A DNA stretch of 60,679 nucleotides, filler included, from Candidatus Delongbacteria bacterium (GTDB lineage: Bacteria > UBA4055): the NCBI GenBank assembly GCA_016937995.1. It is 4 parts of 4 records of this genome, joined end to end, with 100 filler letters (N's around TTAATTAATTAA, not from the genome) between each part and the next. Parts side by side here need not be neighbours in the genome. Positions count along the whole stretch, not along the records: positions 42,239 to 60,679 come from JAFGVM010000044.1; 3 more parts are not named here. One strand, 5' to 3'. Positions within the stretch are counted from its first letter, which is position 1, and the number at the start of each line of letters is the position of its first letter. The notes beneath the pieces were generated by a model. It ran no database searches and was not told where the DNA came from. It saw nothing but the letters and a program-made list of their open reading frames with translations. Both the position numbers and the translations under genes were made by a program. Of this stretch, positions 46,805 to 55,722 are shown piece after piece.

Positions 46805-46819
46805 ACTGTTTATAACTCA

Positions 46820-48151
46820 TCACTTACCACTTATCACTAGTCTATTGAACCAACTCTCCTTATCCTTCCGATATTCACTCGGTGTAGCGATCTTATAATC
46901 GTAAAAAACCGTTATCTGCCCATCGTAAATAGTCACAACAGTAGCAAAATATGACAATTTGCTCTTATTTCTTCCGGTTATTAGCTCAATAGATCTCTTT
47001 TTATCAGGTGAAATTAAGGCTTCGGCTAAAAAAGATTTTATCCTTTCAGAACATATCCTCACGTCATCCGTGATCTCTATGAACTCATCCTCTGACATTT
47101 TCTTAACATTATCATCCTTGATAATAAAATCTGTCTTTGAGAATTTGATCGTATTAATACCTTGAGTTGTCGTTAATAGATCCTTTACAAAAGATCTTAA
47201 ATGGATATTTTCAGTTTTCTTTGAAACATAGCTTCTATTTACATCTTTTTCATATATATCGGCAGTCAGTAAAATTTCATCTTTTAAAATATCATACTCA
47301 AAACCGTTCCCGCTCCCGCAGAAAAATTCTTTAACTTGAGAGATATCGGTCTGTTTTATATCTTCTGAAACGTTAGAAACTGTTAATGTGTCTGTATCGG
47401 TTTGAACAACAGCAGCCACATCACCTGTTGTTGAAGCAGTATCTGCATTTACGATATTTTTGGACTCAACTACTTTGTTGTCAGCTATAGCTGTTGAGTG
47501 ATCATTTAAAGAGTAGAACCAGTGATTCTTATCTCTATAGGAATTTTTTCCAACGAAAACTCTGTAATCCGGATATAGTGTGAATTGCTTATCAAAAACT
47601 GTCAGCTTAGTTGAAAAATATGCAACCTGGTCAATACTTTTACCCCAGATCCACTCAATTGAACTTTTTCTCTCAGAGTTTAAAACAGTTGTCTCCAATA
47701 TTTTTCTCAACATATCAGTATTTTTATACTCAGGATATTTATCTAACTCCTTGTAAGTATTGTCCGCAAGATTTACCTTACCCGACCCGTTATCAAATTG
47801 TAATTTATTTATCCTGATTATCTTTGACCTTGCAATAATTTCACTGATCAGATCTATCAACTCATCAATGGTCAGATACTTTTTTTCTCCGAACCTGAAC
47901 TTTATTCCATGCAAATAATAGAAATCAACAGGGAAAGGTTCAAATAATTGCTTACTTTCCTCAAGTTGCTCAAGAACACCGGTCAGACCCTCTTTTCCAG
48001 TATCCGATAACATTTTACCAACAAGTTCATTTACAAGTAATGAATCATTTTTTAAATCTAGCAGTCTTTCTTCTTTTGTCTTTGAAAAACAGATTAGTGC
48101 GGGTAAAAGTATGAATACTATTAAATATTTTATGGGTTCTTTTCTATTCAT
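46820..48151 (-). CDS. Exported hypothetical protein with internal domain duplication
   Basis: Signal peptide; two related ~60-aa segments (SIEWIWG..AYFST..YPDYRV..DKNHWF and SIELITG..SYFAT..FYDYKI..DKESWF). Confidence 0.65.
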   Translation of the reverse strand: MNRKEPIKYLIVFILLPALICFSKTKEERLLDLKNDSLLVNELVGKMLSDTGKEGLTGVLEQLEESKQLFEPFPVDFYYLHGIKFRFGEKKYLTIDELIDLISEIIARSKIIRINKLQFDNGSGKVNLADNTYKELDKYPEYKNTDMLRKILETTVLNSERKSSIEWIWGKSIDQVAYFSTKLTVFDKQFTLYPDYRVFVGKNSYRDKNHWFYSLNDHSTAIADNKVVESKNIVNADTASTTGDVAAVVQTDTDTLTVSNVSEDIKQTDISQVKEFFCGSGNGFEYDILKDEILLTADIYEKDVNRSYVSKKTENIHLRSFVKDLLTTTQGINTIKFSKTDFIIKDDNVKKMSEDEFIEITDDVRICSERIKSFLAEALISPDKKRSIELITGRNKSKLSYFATVVTIYDGQITVFYDYKIATPSEYRKDKESWFNRLVISGK

Positions 48152-48254
48152 TTGAGAAAAATAATGTTTTTTGGCTATAAATGTAAGTGTAAATTAAAAA
48201 TAATTGAAATAAATTGATTTTTTTTGAACTTTATTATTTTGAACAGTGTATAAG

Positions 48255-48326
48255 AGTTGTAAAAATTATTTAACTATTATTCATTACTCCTCCTCCTATT
48301 TAACTCCCTTGCAAAAGGGAGTTTTT
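48255..48326 (+). ncRNA. Candidate small RNA with anti-SD seed (5' end uncertain)
   Basis: + strand terminator AACTCCCTT-GCAA-AAGGGAGTT-TTT with no + strand CDS upstream, preceded by CTCCTCCTCCT (48287-48297). Confidence 0.4.
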
Positions 48327-48332
48327 AATTAT

Positions 48333-48362
48333 AAAAAAAGCAGGTTATTAACCTGCTTTTTT
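48333..48362. terminator. Terminator of the HesB-like gene (bidirectional form)
   Basis: AAAAAAAGCAGGTT-att-AACCTGCTTTTTT. Confidence 0.85.
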
Positions 48363-48366
48363 GTTT

Positions 48367-48678
48367 CTAACATGAACCCCCGAAGGATTCTTTCATCCTG
48401 ATCGAGAAACCCGATCCGTAATATTTGTTCTCAGTATAATCCAGCTTTGCTCCACCGTATCTACTCAAAAGTTTTTCACTCCGTGTATCTATGACAAAAT
48501 CGATTTCCTCGATCTTTGTAATAATATCATCATCATGCTTTGAATCTAAGGCTATACCTAGCCTTGGACCACCTCAACCAACACCATCAATATAGACTCT
48601 TACATAAAGATCTTTATTTTCCGGTTTTGATAAAATGGAATTTACCTCTTGTAAAGCTGATTTTGTTACTTCTAACAT
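48367..48678 (-). CDS. HesB/IscA-like selenoprotein (Sec at codon 35), 103 aa
   Basis: MLEVTKSALQEVNSILSKPENKDLYVRVYIDGVG-U-GGPRLGIALDSKHDDDIITKIEEIDFVIDTRSEKLLSRYGGAKLDYTENKYYGSGFSIRMKESFGGSC*; TGA at 48574-48576 sits at the family Cys/Sec position; absent from ORF track. Confidence 0.88.
48543..48570 (-). promoter_or_regulatory. Bacterial SECIS-like hairpin
   Basis: After UGA: GGUCC-AAGGCUA-GGUA-UAGCCUU-AGAUU; 7-bp perfect stem, apical loop starting GG at +16. Confidence 0.75.
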
Positions 48679-48789
48679 TTTTGTACCTATTGATTATTTA
48701 AAATCACAGTCCGAATATAGCAATATTATTAACAAAAAACAAATGATAAATCATATATTTTTTTAAGTAAATTGATCCATAAATCCAAA

Positions 48790-50064
48790 CTATATCGTAT
48801 CAAACAGTTCTTTGAAAGAATCTATTTTCGAAACCTTTCTTTTCAATTTCGATTCAAGATCACTTACAGATAGATCATCCAGAAATAAATCGTTAAAATT
48901 CAAGCAGGTATCCGGTATAAGCAGGATATCAGAAGTTGAATTATTCTCTTGGACAGTATTTATAATATCATGACCTGAAAGAAGACCTGCTACAGTAATT
49001 TCACTGCCTAATAATTTGTTTTCTACCTTAAACAATTCAATCTGAAGATTTTTAATTTTACTTAATGCAGGAATAACATATTTGTTCATTATCGGATAGA
49101 AAGAGTATCCCGTTACTATTGTCACTTTTGTTTTCTTTTTCAATTTATCAGGAAATTCCTTAACATCCTCAAGGAATTGATCAATAAAGCTTCTTACCAT
49201 ACCTATACCGTCTTCATATTGCTGATAATCTTCATAATAGTCATCTTCAGGTATCTCATAACCAGCTTTTAAAAAGAACTCATCTGCCGGGAACACAAAC
49301 CTGGTACCCATTTCCTTGAAAAAGCTCTCCTGATAATTCGATATCTGATCTATGATCTTTTTTGCATCACTTTTTGTTACAGATCTGATATGGGGTAGAT
49401 CATCTCTGTGCTTTGTTTTTCCGACCGGAACTACAGCAATGGATGCAACATGAGGGTATAATTTCTTTAAGGTAAATATTGTCTCTTCAAGAATTTCACC
49501 ATCATTAAGTTCGGGACAAAGAACTATTTGTGTATGCATCTCGATATTATTCTTTGCAAGGAAAGTCATTTTACTGATTAGTCCGTCATCTTTTTTTATC
49601 CCAAGCATTTTCTTACGGATATCAGACCTTACTGCATGGACCGAAATATAAATCGGACTAAGCTTCATATCAGCTATTCTTTGTAATTCTTTATCTGTTG
49701 TTTTCGTTAATGTAAAGTAACTTCCGTCCAGAAAAGAAAGCCGGTAATCCTCATCCTTTACATACAATGATCTTCTGAGACCTTCAGGATTTTGAGTGAC
49801 AAAGCAAAAAATACAATCATTACCGCAGTGCCTTACTTTAATTTCCTCGACCGTAATACCATTACTTCCACTTTCTAAAAATGTAACTATTTTGGTATTT
49901 TCTCTATTCGTGAAAGATATTTTTAATGGTTCGTCTGCCGAATAAAATCTAAAATCTAAAATATCATTGATCTCATGACCGTTAATACTATCAATTGAAA
50001 AAAGAGAAGAAATTCCAGCTTTATATGCAGGTGATCCTTTCTCTATTTTTATTATTTTTAACAT
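48790..50064 (-). CDS. PDZ/DUF512 putative radical SAM Fe-S protein
   Basis: N-terminal PDZ-like GSPA..AGI; CGNDCIFC; LYVKDEDYRLSFL, QIVLCP, VVPVG.T, QYEDGIG, ITVAGLL. Confidence 0.88.
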   Translation of the reverse strand: MLKIIKIEKGSPAYKAGISSLFSIDSINGHEINDILDFRFYSADEPLKISFTNRENTKIVTFLESGSNGITVEEIKVRHCGNDCIFCFVTQNPEGLRRSLYVKDEDYRLSFLDGSYFTLTKTTDKELQRIADMKLSPIYISVHAVRSDIRKKMLGIKKDDGLISKMTFLAKNNIEMHTQIVLCPELNDGEILEETIFTLKKLYPHVASIAVVPVGKTKHRDDLPHIRSVTKSDAKKIIDQISNYQESFFKEMGTRFVFPADEFFLKAGYEIPEDDYYEDYQQYEDGIGMVRSFIDQFLEDVKEFPDKLKKKTKVTIVTGYSFYPIMNKYVIPALSKIKNLQIELFKVENKLLGSEITVAGLLSGHDIINTVQENNSTSDILLIPDTCLNFNDLFLDDLSVSDLESKLKRKVSKIDSFKELFDTI

Positions 50065-50070
50065 TATCGC

Positions 50071-52905
50071 CTAATCGAAATACTTCGTAAAAGGTTCTTT
50101 CCAAAGTTTTTCCAGTTCTGAAATTTCCAGATCGATGATCTTACCTTTATGATCGTTCACTATCGCTTTTGGAATCGATGTTGTAGTTCCGATCTGGACA
50201 GCCAACTCTGACTCTATCAATCTATCAGCAGCATTAAGATCTTTCATTTCAAGAATAAAAGCAGCAGGAACTTCTGCAAATAAAGTCCTTACTTTATCTT
50301 TTACCTGAATGTTGAATCCTTTTTTGCCTGCGATTGCCATTTCTATAAGAGTGATAATAGAACCGCCTTCACTGACATCTGAAGCTGATATTATATCACC
50401 TTTCTGAATTGACTCATATATCCTGTAAAAAATGTCCTTTGCTGTTTCCATTTTGATCTCAGGTACTCTGGTACCTAGCTGCCCAAGTCTTTCAGAGAAA
50501 ATTGAACCTCCAAGAAAGGCCTGATTATAATCTCCCATCAGCAATATCGGAGATCCCGCTTTTTTAAGATCCGGGGAAATAGTTTTTTTCCAGTCATCAT
50601 TTACAGACCTTGCTGAAACACATACCACCGGAGGGACTTCTATGAAAATGTCTTTTGATTTATATGTCGAAGAAAGTGAATCTTTTCCGGAAATTATCGG
50701 TGTTTTGAAAAATTTACAGGCCTTTGTGAGAGCCATTGCAGATTTGTATAGATCTGAAAGGTTGGTCTCGGTAGGTTTCGGCCAAATATGATTTTCTATC
50801 ATGAAAGTTCTGTCAGGATCCCCACCCAGTGCAATTACGTTGCTCATAGCTTCATAATATGCCCAAAGTGAACCTGCATAAGAATCTATCCTGTTAAGAA
50901 CCGGATTCAGACCGTGACCCAGAATCAATGCAGCATCTGAATTTGCTAGAGGTTTCATTACAGCCCCGCCGGTAGGGCCGTCATTATTCTTACCGCATAA
51001 AGGACCTTCAACACAAGTTCCCTGAACACCATGATCATATTGCCTTATTACAGGTTCTTTTGATGCTATATTTAAATGCGATATAATATCTTTTGTCGCT
51101 TCTTCGTAGTCTATCTCCTCTTCGTAATATTCCGCATCTTTCAATCCTTCTTTCTTGTATGTGGTTGCAGTAATAGTCTCAAGAGGTTGACCGTCATGTA
51201 AAAATTCCATATCCAGATCACATACCAGCTCACCATCATCATAGATAGTCAGTCTTTTTGTGTCTGTAGCTTTACCGAGAACAAAATATTCAACATTATA
51301 TTTTTTGCAGACTTTGTCTATTTTGTTTAAATGCTCTTCTGGTACAGTGGCTACCATCCTTTCCTGTGATTCAGAGATCCATTTTTCAAAAGATGAAAGA
51401 CCTGGATATTTAAGTGGAATATTTTCGAGGTGTACTTCAGCACCTGTTTTCTCTCCCATCTCTCCCACCGCTGAGGAATAACCACCGGCACCACAGTCTG
51501 TCAAGGCTGTGAACAGGTCCATGTTTCTGAGTTCTATAAGACAGTCAAATGTTCTTTTTTCCTCAATGGCATTACCTATCTGAACCGCTCCACTGTTCAA
51601 TTGGGATGTTTTCTCTGTCATTTCTGCTGATGAGAAAGTAGCTCCGTGAATTCCGTCCTGACCTGTTTTTCCACCGAAAGAAATGAAAAGATCTCCCTTT
51701 TTACACTGCCCTTTCTTTGCATATTTCAAAGGAATTATCCCGTCCGCACCAACGAGAACTGTAGGTTTAGGACCAAAATCTTTATGAAAATGAAACGAAC
51801 CGTTATTTGTCGGGATACCCATTCTATTCCCGTAGTCACGAACCCCTTCTATCACTCCTGTAAGGATCCTTCTAGGATGTAAACATCCCGGAAGTACATC
51901 TTTTATATCCATATCAGGATCACCCAGGCAGAAGATATTTATAGATGAAATGTTCTTTGCTCCCTTCCCTGTTCCCGCAATATCCCTGATCACGCCACCT
52001 GTGCCTGTCATAGCTCCACCGTACGGATCGAGTCCGGAAGGAGAATTATGGGTTTCAGCTTTTATACATATACCGTATTCAACACCGTCTGCTTCAGCGA
52101 ATCTGAAAACACCTGAGTTATCCTCAAATTTTGAAATTACATCTGGATGATTGATCTCTTTCTCAGCATCCCTCACAAGACCGATTATTGATCTTTTTTC
52201 CTGTCCATCAAGTATCACTTTTGCTTTAAAGGTTTTATGCCCGCAATGCTCTGACCATGTTTGTGCCAGGGTTTCAAGTTCAACATCAAATGCATCTCTT
52301 CCCAATTTCTTATAATAATCCTTGATCGTTCTCATTTCTTTCAAAGTTAAAAAAAGCTTATAATCAGAAAGTTCCATCAACTCTTCATCTGTCATTGTTC
52401 TGATCGGAATTATCTGTGTCTTTTCTGAATGAAGATTAACTAAAAGATTCTTAGGTGGTGCTAACAGTTCCATTTGTATCTGGGAATTCATCAATAACCT
52501 GTTCTTTATAGTTGAAAGTTCAACATCTGAAAGCTCATTTATGAAACAATACGTAAAAGAAACTGCTGTAGCTTGCACTTTATATCCAGAATCAATAAGG
52601 TTATCATGAACCGTTTCAGCTTCAGGATTCATCACACCCGGCTGGAAAGCTATTTCAGTTCTTTTTGTATGATCTTTATAAAAATCATCATTGATCAAAT
52701 ATTCTTCCGTGATAGGGCATGCTAAAATATTTTTTGCTATATCTGTTGCTTCTGTTTCAGACAGTCCCTGCAAGTAGAAATTTTTAATGATCTTCAAATG
52801 ATGTATATCTGTATTAAGGAATTCTTTGATCTGGTGTTTAAAGTGCTTCTCTTTTGGATCACCCACTTTTGATATTACTGATATTTTTTGGATCTGAACA
52901 GGCAT
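50071..52905 (-). CDS. purL: FGAM synthase PurL with N-terminal PurS-like region, no glutaminase domain
   Basis: QTWSEHCGHKTF, KAETHNSPS, GG.IRD, DCGAGG, SESQERM, ISGKDS, DVSEGG; AGAGGA SD before ATG 52905. Confidence 0.92.
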   Translation of the reverse strand: MPVQIQKISVISKVGDPKEKHFKHQIKEFLNTDIHHLKIIKNFYLQGLSETEATDIAKNILACPITEEYLINDDFYKDHTKRTEIAFQPGVMNPEAETVHDNLIDSGYKVQATAVSFTYCFINELSDVELSTIKNRLLMNSQIQMELLAPPKNLLVNLHSEKTQIIPIRTMTDEELMELSDYKLFLTLKEMRTIKDYYKKLGRDAFDVELETLAQTWSEHCGHKTFKAKVILDGQEKRSIIGLVRDAEKEINHPDVISKFEDNSGVFRFAEADGVEYGICIKAETHNSPSGLDPYGGAMTGTGGVIRDIAGTGKGAKNISSINIFCLGDPDMDIKDVLPGCLHPRRILTGVIEGVRDYGNRMGIPTNNGSFHFHKDFGPKPTVLVGADGIIPLKYAKKGQCKKGDLFISFGGKTGQDGIHGATFSSAEMTEKTSQLNSGAVQIGNAIEEKRTFDCLIELRNMDLFTALTDCGAGGYSSAVGEMGEKTGAEVHLENIPLKYPGLSSFEKWISESQERMVATVPEEHLNKIDKVCKKYNVEYFVLGKATDTKRLTIYDDGELVCDLDMEFLHDGQPLETITATTYKKEGLKDAEYYEEEIDYEEATKDIISHLNIASKEPVIRQYDHGVQGTCVEGPLCGKNNDGPTGGAVMKPLANSDAALILGHGLNPVLNRIDSYAGSLWAYYEAMSNVIALGGDPDRTFMIENHIWPKPTETNLSDLYKSAMALTKACKFFKTPIISGKDSLSSTYKSKDIFIEVPPVVCVSARSVNDDWKKTISPDLKKAGSPILLMGDYNQAFLGGSIFSERLGQLGTRVPEIKMETAKDIFYRIYESIQKGDIISASDVSEGGSIITLIEMAIAGKKGFNIQVKDKVRTLFAEVPAAFILEMKDLNAADRLIESELAVQIGTTTSIPKAIVNDHKGKIIDLEISELEKLWKEPFTKYFD

Positions 52906-53169
52906 GATATCCTCTGGATTATTATAAAGATGGTACATTAATTTTCACAGGGAAAATATAAGTATTCAGTGGTATATTAGCAAGGCTTAATCAATTGAAA
53001 ATATACAATTTTCGGTTGGCAATTCAGTAAATTTCATACCAGGAAATCAATTCTGCTATAATACTTCTATTATTCAACTTACGATTTCATGAAATTATCG
53101 TAGCCAACGTTCAAACTAATCACTGACTACTGTTCACTATTCTCTGATAAAAAACCCTAATATAATGTA

Positions 53170-53198
53170 TTGACATGGTATAATAAAAGCTTTATATT
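53170..53198 (+). promoter_or_regulatory. sigma70 promoter upstream of arcC-kor operon
   Basis: TTGACA-N17-TATATT. Confidence 0.6.
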
Positions 53199-53317
53199 TT
53201 TTCTCTCTAGCACAAAATTCCTTATGAAATAAGGTTTTTTTGTTTTTAGAGCGATATATTATATTTGGAGCGAATAAAAGTAGCTCGTGAGTTGAAAATT
53301 TAAAATTAAGAGAGAAA

Positions 53318-54262
53318 ATGTACAACAAAAGAGTAGTCATTGCTATCGGGGGAAACTCTTTAACTCCTACAGATAACACGAACTGGATCGGATCACAATT
53401 CAAAAATACCAGAACCAGTATCGATTCGATCATAACCTTGATCGAAAAAGGTTATTCTGTAGTGGTTTCCCATGGGAACGGACCTCAAGTAGGTGTTGCG
53501 TTGAGAAGAGTTGAAGAAACAAGGGATATCTTACCTGAGATACCTCTGGGTATCCTGGTTGCTGAAACTGAAGGCAGTATGGGTTACATGATCGAGCAAA
53601 GTTTGCAAAATAAGCTTTTTGACAAGGGTATCAGAACACCTGTGACAACTATATTGACTCAGGTTCTGGTCGACAAAGACGATCCTGCATTACTTGACCC
53701 TACAAAATACATCGGAAGCTTTTACTCTGAAGAAGAAGCTAAACAGTTAGCTGATGAAAATGGATGGACAGTTAAAAAAGATTCTGACAGAGGCTATCGT
53801 AGAGTTGTTGGTTCTCCAAAACCTCTCGCAATCATAAATAAACCGACCTTGAGAAGTTTGGTTGACAGCGGGATCATCGTGATCGCCGGAGGTGGCGGTG
53901 GTATACCGGTTTATCTGGATGATGATAAGCATTTTAACGGACTTGATGCTGTTATTGATAAGGATAGGGCAAGTGCACTTATCGGTAATGTGATCGATGC
54001 GGATGAATTGTATATCCTAACAGCTGTTGATAAGGTCTGTCTTAATTTCGGAACACCGGAACAGGTGGCATTGGACCATATGACCGCAGATGAAGCTGAC
54101 AAATATTTAAATGAAGGTCATTTCCCTTACGGCAGTATGGGACCAAAGATCAAATCGGCTATTGAATTTATTAAAGGTGGTGGTAAGAGGGTTATAATCA
54201 CAGCTATTGATAAACTGGTCGAAGCGGTAGAAGGTAAGAACGGTACAAGCATAACTAACTAA
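53318..54262 (+). CDS. arcC: Carbamate kinase
   Basis: AIGGNSL, SHGNGPQVG, PTKYIG, RRVVGSP.P, GGGGIPV, AVIDKD, GSMGPK. Confidence 0.93.
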   Translation: MYNKRVVIAIGGNSLTPTDNTNWIGSQFKNTRTSIDSIITLIEKGYSVVVSHGNGPQVGVALRRVEETRDILPEIPLGILVAETEGSMGYMIEQSLQNKLFDKGIRTPVTTILTQVLVDKDDPALLDPTKYIGSFYSEEEAKQLADENGWTVKKDSDRGYRRVVGSPKPLAIINKPTLRSLVDSGIIVIAGGGGGIPVYLDDDKHFNGLDAVIDKDRASALIGNVIDADELYILTAVDKVCLNFGTPEQVALDHMTADEADKYLNEGHFPYGSMGPKIKSAIEFIKGGGKRVIITAIDKLVEAVEGKNGTSITN

Positions 54263-54287
54263 AGTTAAAAAAACTCAGGAAGAAATT

Positions 54288-54563
54288 ATGAGTGAAAAGA
54301 TCAAACTTCCCGACGGATTCAGAAGCTGGGAAGCTGACGTAAAGATCGGTAAGAAAGAAGACAAAGTGACTATCGGTCACTGGGCGGAAGGCTGCAAAGG
54401 ATGTGCTATCTGTGTAGATGTGTGTCCTAAAAAAGTCTGGAAGCTTATCGAAGCAAAAAATAAATGGAATGGACAACTTGTAATTGTGGATAAACCGGAT
54501 GCATGTATAAAATGTATGCTTTGCGAGATACACTGCCCGGATTTCTGTATAAAGATATTTTAA
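54288..54563 (+). CDS. korD: 2x[4Fe-4S] ferredoxin, delta subunit of 2-oxoacid oxidoreductase
   Basis: CKGCAICVDVCP and CIKCMLCEIHCP. Confidence 0.85.
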   Translation: MSEKIKLPDGFRSWEADVKIGKKEDKVTIGHWAEGCKGCAICVDVCPKKVWKLIEAKNKWNGQLVIVDKPDACIKCMLCEIHCPDFCIKIF

Positions 54564-54588
54564 TTAAAAAAATTCACGAGGTAAAACC

Positions 54589-55722
54589 TTGAAGAAAAAT
54601 ATAAAATTTTACTCCGGAGCTGAATTAGTTGCAAAGGCAGCTATTGATGCAGGTTGTAGATTCTTCGGAGGATATCCTATCACTCCATCATCAGAGATCG
54701 CTGAACATATGGCTAAAGAATTACCTAAAGTTGGTGGAACGTTCATTCAAATGGAAGATGAAATAGCAGCTATGGGTTCTGTAATAGGAGCATCTCTTGC
54801 CGGTAAAAAATCATTAACTGCTACAAGTGGTCCGGGATTCTCTTTAAAACAGGAAAATCTGGGTTATGCCTATATGGCTGAAGTTCCTGTTGTTATTTGT
54901 AACGTTATGCGTGGCGGTCCTTCCACAGGTCTTCCGACAGCCTTAGCACAGGCTGATATTATGCAGGCAAAATGGGGTACTCACGGGGATCATCCCGTTA
55001 TTGCTTTAACTCCTGCATACTTAGAGGAAGTTTACGAATTAACTATCAAAGCTTTCAATTATTCTGAGATATACAGAATACCTGTTATTCTTCTGCTTGA
55101 TGAGTTGATAGCACACTTAAGTACTGCAATTGAACTACCTGATAAAGACCTTCTTGTTATCAAGGACAGAAGAAAACCTACTGTGACACCTGATAAATAT
55201 TTCCCTTACGATACAGCTTATGGTGATGTGCCACCTATGGCTAATTTCTTTGAAGGATACCGTTATCATGTTACAGGTCTAAGTCACAACAAGACCGGTT
55301 TCCCTACAACAGACCCGGATCTTGTACAGGCAGACCAGGAAAGACATCTTAGAAAAGTAAATGCAAACAAAGGTAAGATAATAGACTTTGAATCATATAA
55401 AATGAAAGATGCTGATATTGTTGTATTTGCTTATGGTTCAACCTCAAGAGCGGCAAGGGTAGCAATTGATAATGCAAGAAAACTTGATATTAAAGTTGGT
55501 ATGGTGAGATTAAGAGTGATCTGGCCTTTACCTGAAGCTGAAATATTGAAACTTTGCAGCAAAGTGAAAGCTATAATTGTTCCTGAGATGAATATGGGTC
55601 AGCTGAGTAATGTGATCGAAAAATATGCAGCGGACAGAACAAAGATCGTAAGAATAAATCATGTTGGTGGAGTTCCTATCCACCCAAGTAACATACTTGA
55701 CGTTATTAAGGAGGTGAGATAA
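54589..55722 (+). CDS. korA: 2-oxoacid:ferredoxin oxidoreductase alpha subunit
   Basis: GYPITPSSE, QMEDE, TATSGPG, MRGGPSTGLPT, PEMNMGQ; TTG start. Confidence 0.92.
   Translation: MKKNIKFYSGAELVAKAAIDAGCRFFGGYPITPSSEIAEHMAKELPKVGGTFIQMEDEIAAMGSVIGASLAGKKSLTATSGPGFSLKQENLGYAYMAEVPVVICNVMRGGPSTGLPTALAQADIMQAKWGTHGDHPVIALTPAYLEEVYELTIKAFNYSEIYRIPVILLLDELIAHLSTAIELPDKDLLVIKDRRKPTVTPDKYFPYDTAYGDVPPMANFFEGYRYHVTGLSHNKTGFPTTDPDLVQADQERHLRKVNANKGKIIDFESYKMKDADIVVFAYGSTSRAARVAIDNARKLDIKVGMVRLRVIWPLPEAEILKLCSKVKAIIVPEMNMGQLSNVIEKYAADRTKIVRINHVGGVPIHPSNILDVIKEVR

Noticed and set aside
46817-46822. Selenocysteine readthrough at TGA-TGA
   Set aside because: Two consecutive stops, no SECIS-like hairpin, no Cys-type motif context
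52979-53035. Fourth copy of the 92-nt element (CAAGG..hairpin..CAG)
   Set aside because: Too short and lacks the GCTTAG/CTAAG apical stem and GA loops
52906-53160. Purine or ZTP riboswitch upstream of purL
   Set aside because: Conserved aptamer motifs not found on the minus strand
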